DNA of 63,762 nucleotides, the filler included, from Reticulomyxa filosa (lineage: Eukaryota; Protista; Foraminifera): NCBI GenBank assembly GCA_000512085.1. It is 21 parts of 21 records of this genome, joined end to end, with 100 filler letters (N's around TTAATTAATTAA, not from the genome) between each part and the next. Parts side by side here need not be neighbours in the genome. Positions count along the whole stretch, not along the records: positions 12,946 to 14,739 come from ASPP01011993.1; positions 14,840 to 17,935 come from ASPP01001036.1; positions 18,036 to 20,744 come from ASPP01018784.1; positions 20,845 to 24,095 come from ASPP01002357.1; positions 24,196 to 29,355 come from ASPP01009487.1; 16 more parts are not named here. One strand, 5' to 3'. A model generated the notes under the pieces. It was not told the DNA's origin and made no database searches. It was given only the letters and a program-made list of their open reading frames with translations. The translations under genes were made by a program, and so were the position numbers. Position 1 is the first letter of the stretch. Each line of letters opens with the position of its first letter. Shown one piece after another: positions 13,360 through 27,502 of this stretch.

Positions 13360-14839
13360 CACTCTCAACCACCAAAAAAAAAAAAGCTGTGGCAACTCCT
13401 CTGAAAGCCACGCCACGTAAAGAGTTTTAAATTTTTGTGCCTTATTTTTCAAAATAAGGCCAATTGTGGCCTATCTGTCTCTTTTAAAAGTTTCATTTTT
13501 CTTTTTTATACGGACTGCTTTTACTTACTGCAATATGTGAAGATTATCAATCTCAAATTAAGTCATAGAGCAGAATGGAATCAAATCTAAATGTATAACT
13601 ATATTTATTCTATTGTAGAATCGCATATGAGGATGGTTTAAAATAATAGCCTTGTTCTTGCCAATTGAAGCGCATTTTGGAAAGCATAATAACACACAAT
13701 AATTAAAACATAGTGTTCCTTTTAAAACAATTCTATGCCTTCGAAAGTACTTGAAGTGCCTAACTTTCCATGTAGCAATTTCCGAAAGAAAATGCCAATG
13801 AGAGATTAAATATTTACCACACAGTGTTTGAATTGTTTTTTTTTTTAAATATTGAAGGAAGAAGATAATGTCCAAAAATCATTTGCCCCGACCAGGTGTA
13901 ACTTCTGATGATAGTTGGGACGAGATGTCATCCGAAGAAATATCAAATGGTAGGTCTTTATAAGTCCAAATTGTTGAAAAGACATAACATAAAAAAATTA
14001 AACAACTCCGGAAAAAACAAAAGTACGTAAAGGAGCGCCTAAATCAGCGGACGACGGATGGGACGAAATTACTTCGGACACAAGTCATGAGCCTGGAAAG
14101 ACAAGTTGCTAGTGGCCTTTTAAACAAAAGCTGAACAAGCAAACAAAAAACAGAACCGATTAAAAAAAACAACATAGACATTAGTCGTGGGAACAAAAGG
14201 AGAGGATCAATAGTCTACAATGAACCCGGATCACAAGAAGGCGCAAGTTTAAGAATGAAACAAAATATGTTTCAAATATGTATATGTACATATATTGTAA
14301 CCCAAAGCGTGATTACGTTCTTCCACCCTCTGAAAAGTGGGCTGCAAAGAGAGGGAACACATACAAACTTTGCAAAAGCAATACGTATACTACAAATTAA
14401 TACCCAATAACGGGGGATGTATGAATGAACAATCAAAAAAAAAGAAAAACAAGTAACACAAACGGAAAATGAAGACATTGAAGCTAGTTTTCGAGCTGAA
14501 ATTACGGCTGCTCGACGAGGTTTTTGTTTTTGCACACAGCCTTTTTTGTGATCAAACGCCAGCACATTGATTGAGAGCATACAATACACACATATATACA
14601 TATATATATTGTGCTGTGCCATGGGATGGGGAAAAAACTGTAAAGACAAGAGTCCAGGTCGTGAGACTGCAACTAATGTCAGCTCCGCTGCTGAAGCAAC
14701 AGCTTCAAAAACATTCCGAGTTAAAAAAAAAAAAAAAAANNNNNNNNNNNNNNNNNNNNNNNNNNNNNNNNNNNNNNNNNNNNTTAATTAATTAANNNNN
14801 NNNNNNNNNNNNNNNNNNNNNNNNNNNNNNNNNNNNNNN

Positions 14840-16077
14840 AAAGAAAAAGAGACCCAAATCATTATCCATCATTGGATTCGAAAATTAAACATTAAATTAG
14901 GATGGATCAAAGATTTTGACAAACTCGTTGTCAATTATGTTAGTTCATTTATTCTTTCTTTTCTTAAATACCAATCAAAACATTCCAATATTATTTAACA
15001 TAGGCGTATAATATCTTCATGTTTGACACATTTCGCTCATCAGCCAAATTAATCAATACATTCACTGGACATACTAGTTCGGTGTGGAGTATTGATTATT
15101 CGACATTTGATGATTGTCAATTTATTTGCTCTGGATCAAGTGATAATACAGTTCGTGTATGGAATGTTGATAACAACAAACAAATTCAATCGTTCAATGA
15201 ACATTTAGGTAATGTGCAATGTGTGAAATTTTCATCATATCATTATCATAACTATCGTCAATATGTCATTTGTTCTTCATCATTTGACAACACCATTCGT
15301 TTTTGGGATTTCAAACATAACAAACAAATACAAATATTCAATGGGCACACTGATGGTATTTTTAGCATTGAATTTTCACCATTTAATGGTGGTAGATATT
15401 TGTGTTCTGGATCATTTGACGCAACAACTCGTTTATGGGATGTTGAAACATCTAAACAATTACATGTTTTCAAAGGACATAAACACGCTGTTTGGTGTGT
15501 AGATATTTCACCGTTACAAAGCTATACTAACAATGATAATAAAGTGAATAATACTGGTGTAATTGGTGGAAATGGATATACAATTTGTTCTGGATCAAAT
15601 GATAAAGTCATTCGAATATGGGATATTGAAACAACCAAACAATTCAATGTATTTAAAGGACATGAAGGTTATGTGATGAGTGTAAAATATGGGCCAAACG
15701 AATCATTGAATACAATATTATCTGGATCATTTGATAAGAGTGTTCGTTTGTGGGATATTCGATCTGATAAACAAATTCAAGTGTTTAATGGACATACAAG
15801 TGCTGTATGTTGTGCTGAATATTCACCATTTGTAATAAAGAATAATATTATTAATTCAAATGTGATATGTTCTGGATCAGATGATAATACAATTCGTTTT
15901 TGGGATATTCGATCAAATAAGAATCAATTGTGTATGATCAAAGGAGATAAAGGGGATAATGGAATATTTTGTTTTAAATTTATTGTATTGAAAAAGAAAG
16001 AGAAGATAGAGGATATTACATGTGATTTGAATTTGTATTATGGTTCAAGCAAAGGTCCCATTCGTATTTGGGGATAA
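14840..16077 (+). CDS. WD40-repeat protein (lineage-expanded family), 5' partial
   Basis: About 6-7 GH...WD repeats (GHTSSVWSIDYS...SGSSDNTVRVWN). Upstream exon IIIHHWIRKLNIKLGWIKDFDKLVVNY, intron ~14939-15004. Confidence 0.95.
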
Positions 16078-17159
16078 TTGACTTTATTGTTAAACAAATG
16101 AAAGTGTTTTTGTTTGAAAAGTTTGATTAAAAGAAAAGTAAGATGATATTAAATTTCTTTGATTTGAATAATGAAGCATTGAAAGATGTGTTTTATCTTA
16201 CTTTATTGCTTAAAAAAACTCAAAAGCGTAATTAATGAAAATGGTATCCAAATATCGTATCTAACTGTCTTTAATTCATTAAAAACTTATTGAATTATTC
16301 TACAATCATTCTAATTACGCAAATTTTATTCTATCCATCAAAAGTCATAAATTTATCTGCAAAATGATTCTATTACATATAAGTAAAGCTAGTTTCTCTA
16401 TAATGTTTCTGATTTCACTGCTGTAGTGATTAAATTAATAAATATATAATTATTCTCAATTAATTTACCTGTGATGCTTGTTTTTGTCATAAATATGACC
16501 TTACTTTTTCAATTAACCTTTTTTGGAATAATGTGTGTAATTACTCGTATTGTTGCCATCATCAGAAAGAAATTCATTATTATTTTACAGCATTAATTAT
16601 TTTGTTTCTTGTTTTTCAAACTATTGTGCAAATATACGTTGTTTTATTTCATTTATATTTTTTAAAAAATACAAGTGCATTTGCTGAACAATGATGAAAG
16701 GTTGACCTGATATCTTAAGAGAATTGTTTTTTGAGGCCAGTGCTGCCATATATGTTGATTATTATAGTACTGAATACTTATATCAAATCGATTAAACATA
16801 CAGTCTGTTCTTTTTCTAATTCTGAAGACATTGTCATGTTATACCTCCTTCTTTTGTCAGTTACATATACTTTGGACATTAAAAAACTTTGGGAAGCCGC
16901 GACAAAGCGCGGCTTGAATAAAAACATTATTGAGTGCATTTATCTCATATAGATCACTCAACATAAATACATCCTCCCTTTTCCTCCTTTTTGTTCAAAA
17001 AGAAAAAGCTTCATTCTTTAGCATCAATGTATTATCGGTAAAGTTATTTGTTCAAATAAACAAAAATTAATAATACATATCTGTACATAACATATATACA
17101 TATATATATGCATATTATATGTATGTATTTGATGTATGTGCATATGCGGGATATAAGAG

Positions 17160-17467
17160 CAGAGGATGTCGCGCAATGGTAATATGAATACAATAAATCT
17201 GTGAGAAAAGTCAGTTTGGAAATGTCTTTTCAGTTTGCCAAAGAACGACAACTGTATTTTATTGAAACAAATACTAAATATGGAACTAATGTTAGAACGC
17301 TATTTCATTCAATTGCTTATTTGTTGTATCCTCAGTTTAAACACAACGAATTATCCTACGCAAATTCCAAGGATGCTAATGCTTCCAAAAAGTCACAGGC
17401 TTTTCGAATTCACGAAGCGTCTGTCCGGGGATACTCTAAAGCGACAGAAAATTTTAAAAGAGTCTGA
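17160..17467 (+). pseudogene. Rab-family GTPase C-terminal fragment, divergent or pseudogene
   Basis: RKVSLEMSFQFAKERQLYFIETNTKYGTNVRTLF resembles the G5 region (ETSAK altered to ETNTK). No intact G1-G4 motifs or C-terminal cysteines are seen. Confidence 0.55.
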
Positions 17468-18035
17468 CTTCGCCAAGAAAAAGAAAAAATACTATTAGAT
17501 TTTTTTTTGGTCATGTGTTTTATCCTTTTTTTCCCCTTTCCTTAACGTTCACTTTTTTCTTAAGACTCCCATTTATTTTCTTTTTTGTCTTTGTTTCATC
17601 AGTTTTTGATGCAATCAATTAAATCAATATTTTTTCTAAATACATAAGTACATTCATTTATGTTGAATTTGTTTTTCATTTTGTAGCTTAGCCCTTTTTT
17701 ATCCAATTCAATCTTTTTTTCTAGCAATATTAAAACAAAACGTGGAGTTTATTCTATGTATGGTATCGAGTGCGCCTTTCATTCACACTTCTGGCGTATT
17801 GAACATTTTTTTTTCAAAGTTTACTTTTTTGCCCGGCATTAAGTGAGTGTTGTGATTGATACCCTGCGCTGAAAAAAGATTTTTTTGAGTCTTTTTTTGT
17901 GTGGTGGAAGGTTGCCAACATTTACAATAAATGTCNNNNNNNNNNNNNNNNNNNNNNNNNNNNNNNNNNNNNNNNNNNNTTAATTAATTAANNNNNNNNN
18001 NNNNNNNNNNNNNNNNNNNNNNNNNNNNNNNNNNN

Positions 18036-20744
18036 TTCATCCACTGACAGCAAAAACGAAGAGTTGACACAAACTGAAATCGATTCATTACACCAACTCT
18101 TCTCTCCCCTTCTCAATCCCGAAACAATTGTGGAATTGGATCTATACGAGCATTTCAATGACAACAATCCAATCAAACCGACTTTCCTTGCATTTGTTTA
18201 AGTACTTTGTTGCAAACGAAATAACTAATATAAAAAACATAAATGAATATATAAATATATAAATGTATATATAAATAGAAAGAGGTTGTAAATGCAGCAC
18301 AAGAGTTATGCGATAGTAAAATGTTGTTAATATCGACATTCGATGAAATGCAGAATATCTTCCAACGCACATGGAATTGCAAACGTGTGGAAGACTATGC
18401 GAAAGTGAGTCATTTTGAACAAGATGTCAAACAATTTTTTACTGAAAGCGACTCTGACAAGTTCATTGTAAGATATCAACATAAGAATTCCGAGGATTTG
18501 ACACAATTTTCCCAAATTAAATGGATTCTCGAAACCGCTCACGCTTCATATTACAAAGATAACAACAAAAATAACGAAGAGAAATATAAAGACGAACAGA
18601 AAGATAGCAACAGACAAAAGTCAAAGAAATTGGTTGTTTTCATTGTGCGTAATGTGCATAAATTGCAAAACCCTGTTCCGATGATTTTTACTAGGTCTTC
18701 TGTTTTTTTTTTTTTATATATAAAAATTGTAGTTGTATTTTAATTTTGGGGGAAACATAGAAAATGGAAGACAGTATTTGTGGATTCACTGACCAATCAT
18801 TCTCAATTTTCTTTGCAAGATTTTCTTCAAAATAATCCATTGACAATGATCGATGATCCATCCTCCACTTCAGTTATTTTTTTTTTTAGAAATGTTTTTA
18901 ATAGATATACAAATTTGTTACTACAATGAAAGGCACTGAAAAAGAATTTACAACCGGCATTGTATTACTTGAAATTTCGTTCTTTTCGTAATGTCTTGTC
19001 AAAGATTAAACACGGATTTGATGATTCCACTGTTTCAGAATCTGTGCACAACATGATGAAAGAACGACTGAAACAAGTAGTAGATGGAATGACTGTTGGT
19101 GACACATTTCACAATATTTTTAAAAAAAAAAATCTTTACAAAAAGTTATTACCTTATAAAAATGGGCAGCAATGCAGCTTTGTTCAATATTATAAACATG
19201 TTGTCGACAGTTTGGCTATCAGAGGGTGGATCGAAGTGCTGTTGGTGCTTTGTGAAAATTGCTATTTGGAAGTTTAACAAAAAAAAAACATCCCTTTTGC
19301 CTACCTAAAGAAAACATTCTAATGACAAATGATAATTACACTGTTATAAATAGGCAGCACTTGACAGTCTGAAGAAATCTATTCTGCTTTCTATTTTTGT
19401 GAGTAGTGGAAAAAATAAACAATTTGTCCCAATATCTCATCACGAGTATATACCCGACAAAGATTTGCATTTTTTCAAGGTGAAAATGCTGTACAAAGCA
19501 CAATTTCCTTTTAGTTGGAATTTTCACACTTGGTTTGCTAAACAAAATCAAGGAGATCACAGTCCGTGGAGTGAGTCTGATAATTGGATTCATGAACGTG
19601 TTTCGAACTTGGAGAAAGTCATGAATTCCAGTGGCGAACCGTTCTCCTTGTTGAATAAGTGTGAGGAAAGAGAATGTGCAATGTATACGAAAGATGTGAT
19701 TCGGGGGATGTTTCATCGATATATTTCTGTCCAAGAGAATGACGATGCGCCCGACATTGTCAAGAACATTGTATTTTTGATTAGTAAAATTATATTTGAA
19801 AAAGATTGTCCAAAAATAAGTATTCCGTTGATTGAAGTGATTCTTTACCAAATGAAAGATGTAATTGAAAGTTATTTGCAATTGTTGTCACTGTGTGACA
19901 ATCAGGAGATCCGATCCAGTGTCAAACAATTATCTACTCCGGTAAATTCCCCATTGATTCAATTGATCCAAGTGACATTGAAGTTATCCAACTACTTCTT
20001 ATGGCACCCATCCCAAATGAATGACATAGATGACATTCCTGCCAAAATTTGCCTTGCATGTGACGCATCGCAAATCATTGCAAACTTTCTACATAAACGA
20101 TGCTTAAAAATAAAGGAATATCAAGAATTTTCATCTGTGTATCGACAACTTCAAATGAAAAATCTTGGACTCAAATACTTTTGGACAATCGATTGTTATT
20201 CAACCTCACCTAAAGAGAACCTTGTTGCAGTGAATACATTGATGTTGGCAAAACCAGAATTTGCAAAAAAGGACATACTTATACAGATTATTGATCCAAT
20301 TATTGGGAGTCAATCTCTTTCTGTTTCATTGATGAGAAAGATCATATTTTTCATTCGAGATTTGTTGTATATTGCACAACAAGTGGAACATCTGAACGAC
20401 CAAATGGCTAAACCGATGTTTCAAAATATAATTGAGCATGTCTTGGGCAGAATAAACAAATTATTTAAAGACTATTCTACAAATATGTTGAAGTTGCAAG
20501 CATTGGAACTCCTCCTTGTTAAAGTCAAAGAGGTGGATCCAACCTTTATTGAAAAACATGGTTTCAAAAATTCTACCTTGAATCGTATCTACGAACGAAT
20601 ACTAATGAACCAAACCGTATTAGATTTTAAGATAATATCTAATCAAAGCCCATTTGAAAAAATTGAAGCTATTTCCAAACTTAAAGTACAATTGATGAAA
20701 TGCGTAAATTTCTTGTGTAGATCTGAAACAACTGGAGAACTCTC
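18036..20744 (+). CDS. RNF213/mysterin-like giant protein, internal fragment, multi-exon
   Basis: KAQFPFSWNF (FPFSW motif) preceded by LVVFIVRNV...F.RKWKTVFVDSL, resembling the RNF213 region after the AAA ring. Recognition from memory. Confidence 0.55.
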
Positions 20745-20844
20745 NNNNNNNNNNNNNNNNNNNNNNNNNNNNNNNNNNNNNNNNNNNNTTAATTAATTAA
20801 NNNNNNNNNNNNNNNNNNNNNNNNNNNNNNNNNNNNNNNNNNNN

Positions 20845-23800
20845 TATTTCAAATAACAAAAATATTCGAAATATCAAAAATGATGAAATATCCCATCCTT
20901 TGTTAAATTTTTTTTCAATTGAGTTTTCTACATTCATGGATATGACATTTCGACCAGCAGCCCAATACAATAAATTATTTTTTATTAATATTTCTTTTAA
21001 TTGTTTCTGACCCACTCCCAACAAGAATGTTGCACCTTCCTTTAATAATGTTTCATAACTCTCTTCATCAATGATTTTGATCACACCATCTTTATCAATT
21101 AACTTATCTTTGACATAATCAATTGCATATTCAATTCTTTTCATTGGATACATTGTCCGTTGTTTTAATATCCATTTACACATTTCCGTTGCATTTAAAT
21201 ACTCTTTAGTATTTTTTTCCTTTTTATGCTTCATAATGAATTTCATGATATTTTCAAAAGGAGTTCTTAAGGCGAGAGAGTTGACAGCACCCTCTCTAAT
21301 ATCAATATATGCACCTTGCTCAATGCAATAACGGGCAATATCCCAATGTCGATTATTGATTGCCAAATGCAATGGAGTTTGTCCATGTTTATTATATGAA
21401 TCATTTATATCAATATCAGGATGATTTTGCAATACCAATTTAAATTGTGACAAGTTTCCTGATCTTGCTGCCTCATGAACAACAGTGTAGCATCCTTTGT
21501 ATTCATTCTCATCATCAGGAACTTCTTCAACTTCATTATCCAAACAAGGATATGGAATATCATTGTAATCATTATCATTAGTCCATTGATGAGTTGGAAA
21601 GTTCCATTCAATGGCCTGTTCATCACAGTATCTGATTAACTCATTCAAAGCATCAAAATTGGTATTATTATCATCGCAGCTCAATTGAATACAAGGATTG
21701 AATGTCATCAAACCAAATGCCAATAATTGAATGTCCGTGTCATTGGCTGTTTTCCAAATATGATTATGTGAATTCTCTTTGTTCATCAATGTATTTTCAT
21801 TTTTCATTTGGATATTTTTTTTCAATCCACAAATTGTTGCACGTTTCCATATATCGTCGGATATTTTTGACAATGCATCCCATGCACATCTCTTTTTCGC
21901 CCTTTCCAACAAATGTATCACTAATAAATACAATTTTTTGTCATTCAATTTCGCTGATATTCTTCGAAGTAAGGCCACCAATAATATATCTTTATCTGTG
22001 TTATTGTTTGTGTTCATCGAATGTTTGGAAACAAATATCAAAGCGTTGAAAATCCTCTCCGGATGTTTTTCATTCCATTTCGTTGAAATTTCTTCAAGTG
22101 CTTTTTCACATGAATTAAAATAATGCCATTTTTGTTCACATGACAAAGCATTGAAAATTCTTTCCAGTTGTTTATCAGTCAAATTCGCTGAAATTACTCC
22201 AAGTGATCTTGCACATAATTCACGAACACTATAATTTTCATCTTTTAACCCACTGATGAAAATGTTGAACATTTTTTCTAGTTTATCAGTTAAATTCGTC
22301 AAAATTATTTCAAGTGATTCTGTATATGATTTACGAAAAATTATACCTTTATCTTTCAGTCTACCTATCAAAGTATTAATTATATTTTCCAGTTGTTTTT
22401 CATCTAGTTTATCTAAAATTTTTCCAATTGCATTTGCGCATGATTTACAAACGTCTTCATCTTTTAACCCACTCATCAAAACGTTGAAAACTTTTTTCAG
22501 TTGTTTCTCATTCGCTTTTGTTGCAATTATCCCAAGTGGTTCTGCGCATGGTTCATGAACCCGGCAATATTTATCTTTTAACCCATGAATGAAAGCATTG
22601 AAAATTCTATCCAATTGTTTGTCATTCAATTTTGTTGGAATTGTTTCAAGTGATTTTCTACATAATGTACGAATACATTCATTTTCACCTTTTAAGCCAT
22701 TCAAACATTCGAAAACATCATTCAATTGCTTTTTGTTTAATTTCATTAAAAGAAATCCAATAGACTTAGCACATAATTTTCGATTTTTTTCATCTTTATC
22801 TTTGAGCCCATTGATCAAACATGTGAAAACAGAATCAATTTGTGTTTCATTCAATTCCATTGCAATTCCTTCAAGTAAATAACAAGATATATGCCAACAA
22901 TATCCATTTATTTTTTGAAATCCATCAACCAGACATTGAAAAATAATATCCAATTGTTTATCATTCCATTTCTTTGAAAGTGTTACAAGTGATTTTGCAC
23001 ATGAGTATCGAATACTCGAATTACTATCTTTTAATCCATTTGTGAAACATTGAAAAGCATTATCGAAATGTTTTCCATTTAGATTTACTGCAATTGTCAC
23101 AAGTAATTCTGTACATTTCTTGCGTACATCTGCATCATTTTTGTCAGTGAATATATCCATTGAAGAGTTAAAAGCTTTATTCAATTGTTGTTCATTACAT
23201 TTATTTGAAATTTCTTTAATTAACTGAATGCACTTGATACGAATATTTTGATGTTTGTTTAAGTTACCCATAAAACAATTTAATGCAATGTTTATTTGTT
23301 TTTCATCCACTCTCTGCGTAATTCTTTCAATTAGATCAGCGTATTTATCATGTTCAGCTATCCCTTCACAATTTAATCTACTAATTAAATAATTAAAAGT
23401 ATTATCGAATTGTCTTCCAGGAAATTTCACAGTAATTGCTGCAATCGCCTCACATACATACTGAAACGCACTATAAGAGGCATCTATATCATTGAATATA
23501 TCTATTAAAGAATTGAAAGCATCAATCAATTGTTTTTCATTCCATTTCATTGAGATTTTCCCAAGTAATTCTGCGCATTTTATGCGGGCATTATCGTCTT
23601 CTTTTTCATCGGATAATCGATCAACTAAATATTTAAAGACATCACCTAACTGTTCTTCTTTCAATTTCATTATAAATTGAGTCGCATCATTATGCAAAAT
23701 ATAAACATATGAAGGAAACCTATGAATGAAACATTGGAATGCATTATCGAACTGTTTTCCTCCCAATTGTGATGAAATCGTTGCAAGTGCGTGTGCAGAG

Positions 23801-24095
23801 AAATAAGAAATTGTAATTCTTCCACTCTCAAAGGCATTCATCAAACATTCAAACACTTTATTCAATTGTTTCTCATTCAATTTCAATGCTATTTTTGCAA
23901 TTGAAAATGCACATCTTTCATGAATATATTTATTTTTGTCAACAAGTCCATCCATGAAGAATTCAATAACATCATCCAATTGTTGTTCATTTAATTTCAC
24001 TGATATCACACAAAATAAGTTTGCACACGTCTCATTGTGTTTTTTAAAATGTTGTTTGTAACATTGGACAACAACATCTGAAGTTTCTTTTGAAA
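20845..24095 (-). CDS. HEAT/PBS-lyase-like repeat protein with C-terminal ankyrin repeats, partial at both ends
   Basis: More than 15 ~39-aa repeats (LNEKQL..VF..L..GLKD....VR..CA..LG.I), then TVVHEAARSG and GQTPLHLAINNRHWDIARYCIEQGAYID. Intronless and open across the whole contig. Confidence 0.9.
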
Positions 24096-24195
24096 NNNNN
24101 NNNNNNNNNNNNNNNNNNNNNNNNNNNNNNNNNNNNNNNTTAATTAATTAANNNNNNNNNNNNNNNNNNNNNNNNNNNNNNNNNNNNNNNNNNNN

Positions 24196-24230
<35 letters not shown>

Positions 24231-24330
24231 CAATAACAAGAATGCAACGACATTTGAACGCGAACATGCGTTTCAAGGACGACGATACAAAGGGTCGGAC
24301 AGACAGAAATGGAATGACAACAACGATGAA

Positions 24331-25984
24331 ATGAATGATTCAACAGGCCGTTCCACTTTCAGGAAGTATGACTCGGACATGCACAAGCCGAGGGATCGGG
24401 AAAAAAGATACACCTCTTCTTTCGCGCAAAATACCGGTCGACGAGCATTTGAGACAGCTAGTATGCAAGACGATAAATGGGACTCGAATAAGGAAAAGGA
24501 AAAAGAAAAGGAAAAAGCATTTACTGAACACTTTTCTTCGCGTGGGTCACAAGATCGACATGAACGAAGACACCACGATCCACAATCTTTTTTACAACAT
24601 GGTCACAACGAATCCTTTAACAAACGCTTTCAGTCCTCACTTCGTTTTGATTCTCATGCCAAACATGATGTCTCCAATAAACGAGGAGTTAATCTTTTAA
24701 TTTGTTCTTTCTTTTGTTTTTTGTTGTTGAATGCAACCTCATACACACACACACATATACATAAATATATATATACATATATATATACATATATATGTAT
24801 ATTGCAAGTCTAAGAAATAAAATAAAATGATTCATTGAATGATATAACAGTATCACAATACTCAAGATTCTCACCGACCTTTTCGAGGCTCTGGCGGAGA
24901 GCATTTTACAACTGCTTCTCAAAAGTTGGCCACTGGCGGTGGTGGTGGTGGTGGTATGGACAACATGTCGTCGTCTCGTAACAATAGTCTAATGAAACAA
25001 TCTCAAGGCATTGATGCGGCCACTGGAGGAGGTCGTGGACGAGATTCGCCGGACTTTCATTCACGCTCGGAACAGCCAGTGAAAACACAACAACGCCATA
25101 GCCATGACCAGCATCAAGGAGAGCGCTTTGGTCAATCACAGCGCACGTTCCTTAATTCCCAGGAACAAGAACACCATACACGAGGACATGCACATGCACA
25201 TGCACATTCCAAGTCATACGCACATGCACATCCGCAATCACAATCCCAGTCTCAAACACAAACACAAACACAATTACAATCGCAATCGCAATCGCAATCT
25301 CATCCACGTCGTCAGCAGCATGGCCAGCCTTCTCATTTTGCAATGCAAGTCCCTCATCTTCCTCCGTCGGCATCGTCATTTTCCCATCTCCAAGGAGATG
25401 CACAAATCTCACGACAAGAAGGGTTTATGAATAATGCTGGTGATGCTGCCACTTCCGCCGAAGCGAAGAAGCAAACCTCGTATCGCGTTCAATGGAATCG
25501 ACCCAATGTAGATGCAACTCCGACGACCAATCCAACGAGGACACCCATATTGAAAGACATTATGATGAACTCACTTCAAAGTGAACAATTGATGCACTTG
25601 CAATCATTGTATCCTTATAACCTTCTTAGCAACGTTGCTACAGTTTTGATTACATTAATAAAAAACATCAAACTTATTGATAATTTTTATTTTTTTTTTA
25701 TTTAAAAAAAAAAAAAATTGACTTTTCAAACTCCTGTCAATGATAACAATTTTACTCAATTCGTTCAAATGCCAGATCTTTATGCTACGATGCCTGCCTA
25801 TGACGAGTCGATGCAAATATCCATGGCCGTGAATGTACCCGCAGCCCATACTGCTGTCTCTGGGAACTCCAGAGGCGCATTATCAGTGCCGTATCACGTA
25901 CCTTCACAATCCAATTTCACCGTATCTCAAAATCAACTACAACACACTGCAATTGGATCACTCCCTCACAATAATCCAAGTTGA
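24331..25984 (+). CDS. Low-complexity Q/H/S-rich disordered protein, multi-exon
   Basis: ORFs 24331-24813, 24926-25705 and 25718-25984 with HA, QS, QT and poly-G tracts, separated by microsatellite-rich introns. Confidence 0.55.
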
Positions 25985-26382
25985 GTTTCTCTCTATCTTT
26001 TCGAATATGCGTGTCCATCTACTTTACTTGCTTTTTTTTTTTTTTATAGCCGAAGAAACATGGTGATTCCGCTCTTTTCCTGCTTTCGCTTCGTTTTTGT
26101 TTGTTTTTTTTTAGAAGAAAAAAAAAAGCAATAATAACACAAAGCGGAACAATGTGAAGAGTGATAGATATGAAAGAGTGGCGTCCAAAAAAAAAATATT
26201 TTTATACTATGTACTATTCGTTTGGATTATTGTGGGAATGTCGTGCGTGACAACAGGACAAAAAAAAGGGTGTCTTGCTGTGCTTTCATTTGAGTGGCCT
26301 TTTTATGTGGCGATTTTTTCTGATCACAAAAAAGATTTCTATTTTGAAACTCAGCAACAAAAAGTTCTTTAAAAAAACACTT

Positions 26383-27260
26383 TCAATGCATATTGGACCA
26401 CATGTCCATTTGGGCAATCTCACAGTAGCCTCCATCAAAACATCGAAGAATAAGAAGTTTGAAACACTGGCCAACCAAAGGTGTGCTAAGATGGAAATAT
26501 TGCCAATCTTTTCTTTGTTGTGTGATGAGCTCGATCCCGTGTGTATAGACATTTTCCTTCTTTTCTGTATCGGGATAACCACTCAAAAGCAATATTTTCT
26601 GTGCAAAGTGTCCATAATCTCGATACTCTTCCGCTCGCATTTTTATCGTATTAATTATTTGTTTTTTTTCAAACATAAATCGAAGCCATGGCTTTTCATT
26701 ACCGCTCCAGTTCAGTGACAGAGATGGCCAAAATGTGTCTACTCCTTCAACAAATACCACTCTTGGGTGTCGTTCTGGACCGTCAGACCACAAATGACCA
26801 TCAATACTTGATGGAATTATTTGTTTTGAAAGCCAATAATCACCCTCATCTTTGAAATATTTTTCCAAAAAAAAGTTTTCTTTTTCAATCAATTTCGTTG
26901 AACCTTGCCCAAGCAAAAATACAAACCAAAAGCATATTCAACAACAATACTCCAAAGCACTTGCAAAAATGTTTCGTCTGTTGTTTCCCCAAGTTTCAGA
27001 ATTGTGGCTTTGAGGACCAGTGGGAGGTCGAAACTGTCTGTCGAAGTAAATGTTCCAAGCCATTCTATCCCTGGATCATTTGCCCAAATGTCCAACTTTT
27101 TGGGGTCACGCTGCTTTGGAGTCCTCAATCCAGCCGGAACAGTCTTAGCTTCCATGTCTAAGAAAGTTTTTGTCTCTGGGGAAATTCGTTACCAGCGTTT
27201 TTCAGGAGCAGTGAAAAAAACACTTTCTTCGGAAGACATTGCACAGTAAATTTCAAACAT
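26383..27260 (-). CDS. Galactose-binding/discoidin (F5/8 type C)-like domain protein
   Basis: TFWPS...PWLRFMFEKKQIINTIKMR...PLVGQCFKLLILRCFDGGYCEIAQMDMW fits the discoidin beta-sandwich pattern. Confidence 0.5.
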
Positions 27261-27502
27261 TATACTTTTGCCTCCTACATTTGTGCACGGCTCTGTAGAA
27301 CTTAATAGCAGATTTTGACTTAAAGTGAACAGTTTTAACATTTTGTTTGCAATATTTGTGACTTAGACCAGTGTGAATTGTCTGAAATGCACCAACTTAG
27401 ACAGTTTAATGTGATATTCAAAAATAACGAACAAGAAACAAAAACGGGGAAAAGAAGAAAAGACACACGGAATAAATTGTCGACAAAAGACAAATATCCT
27501 GG

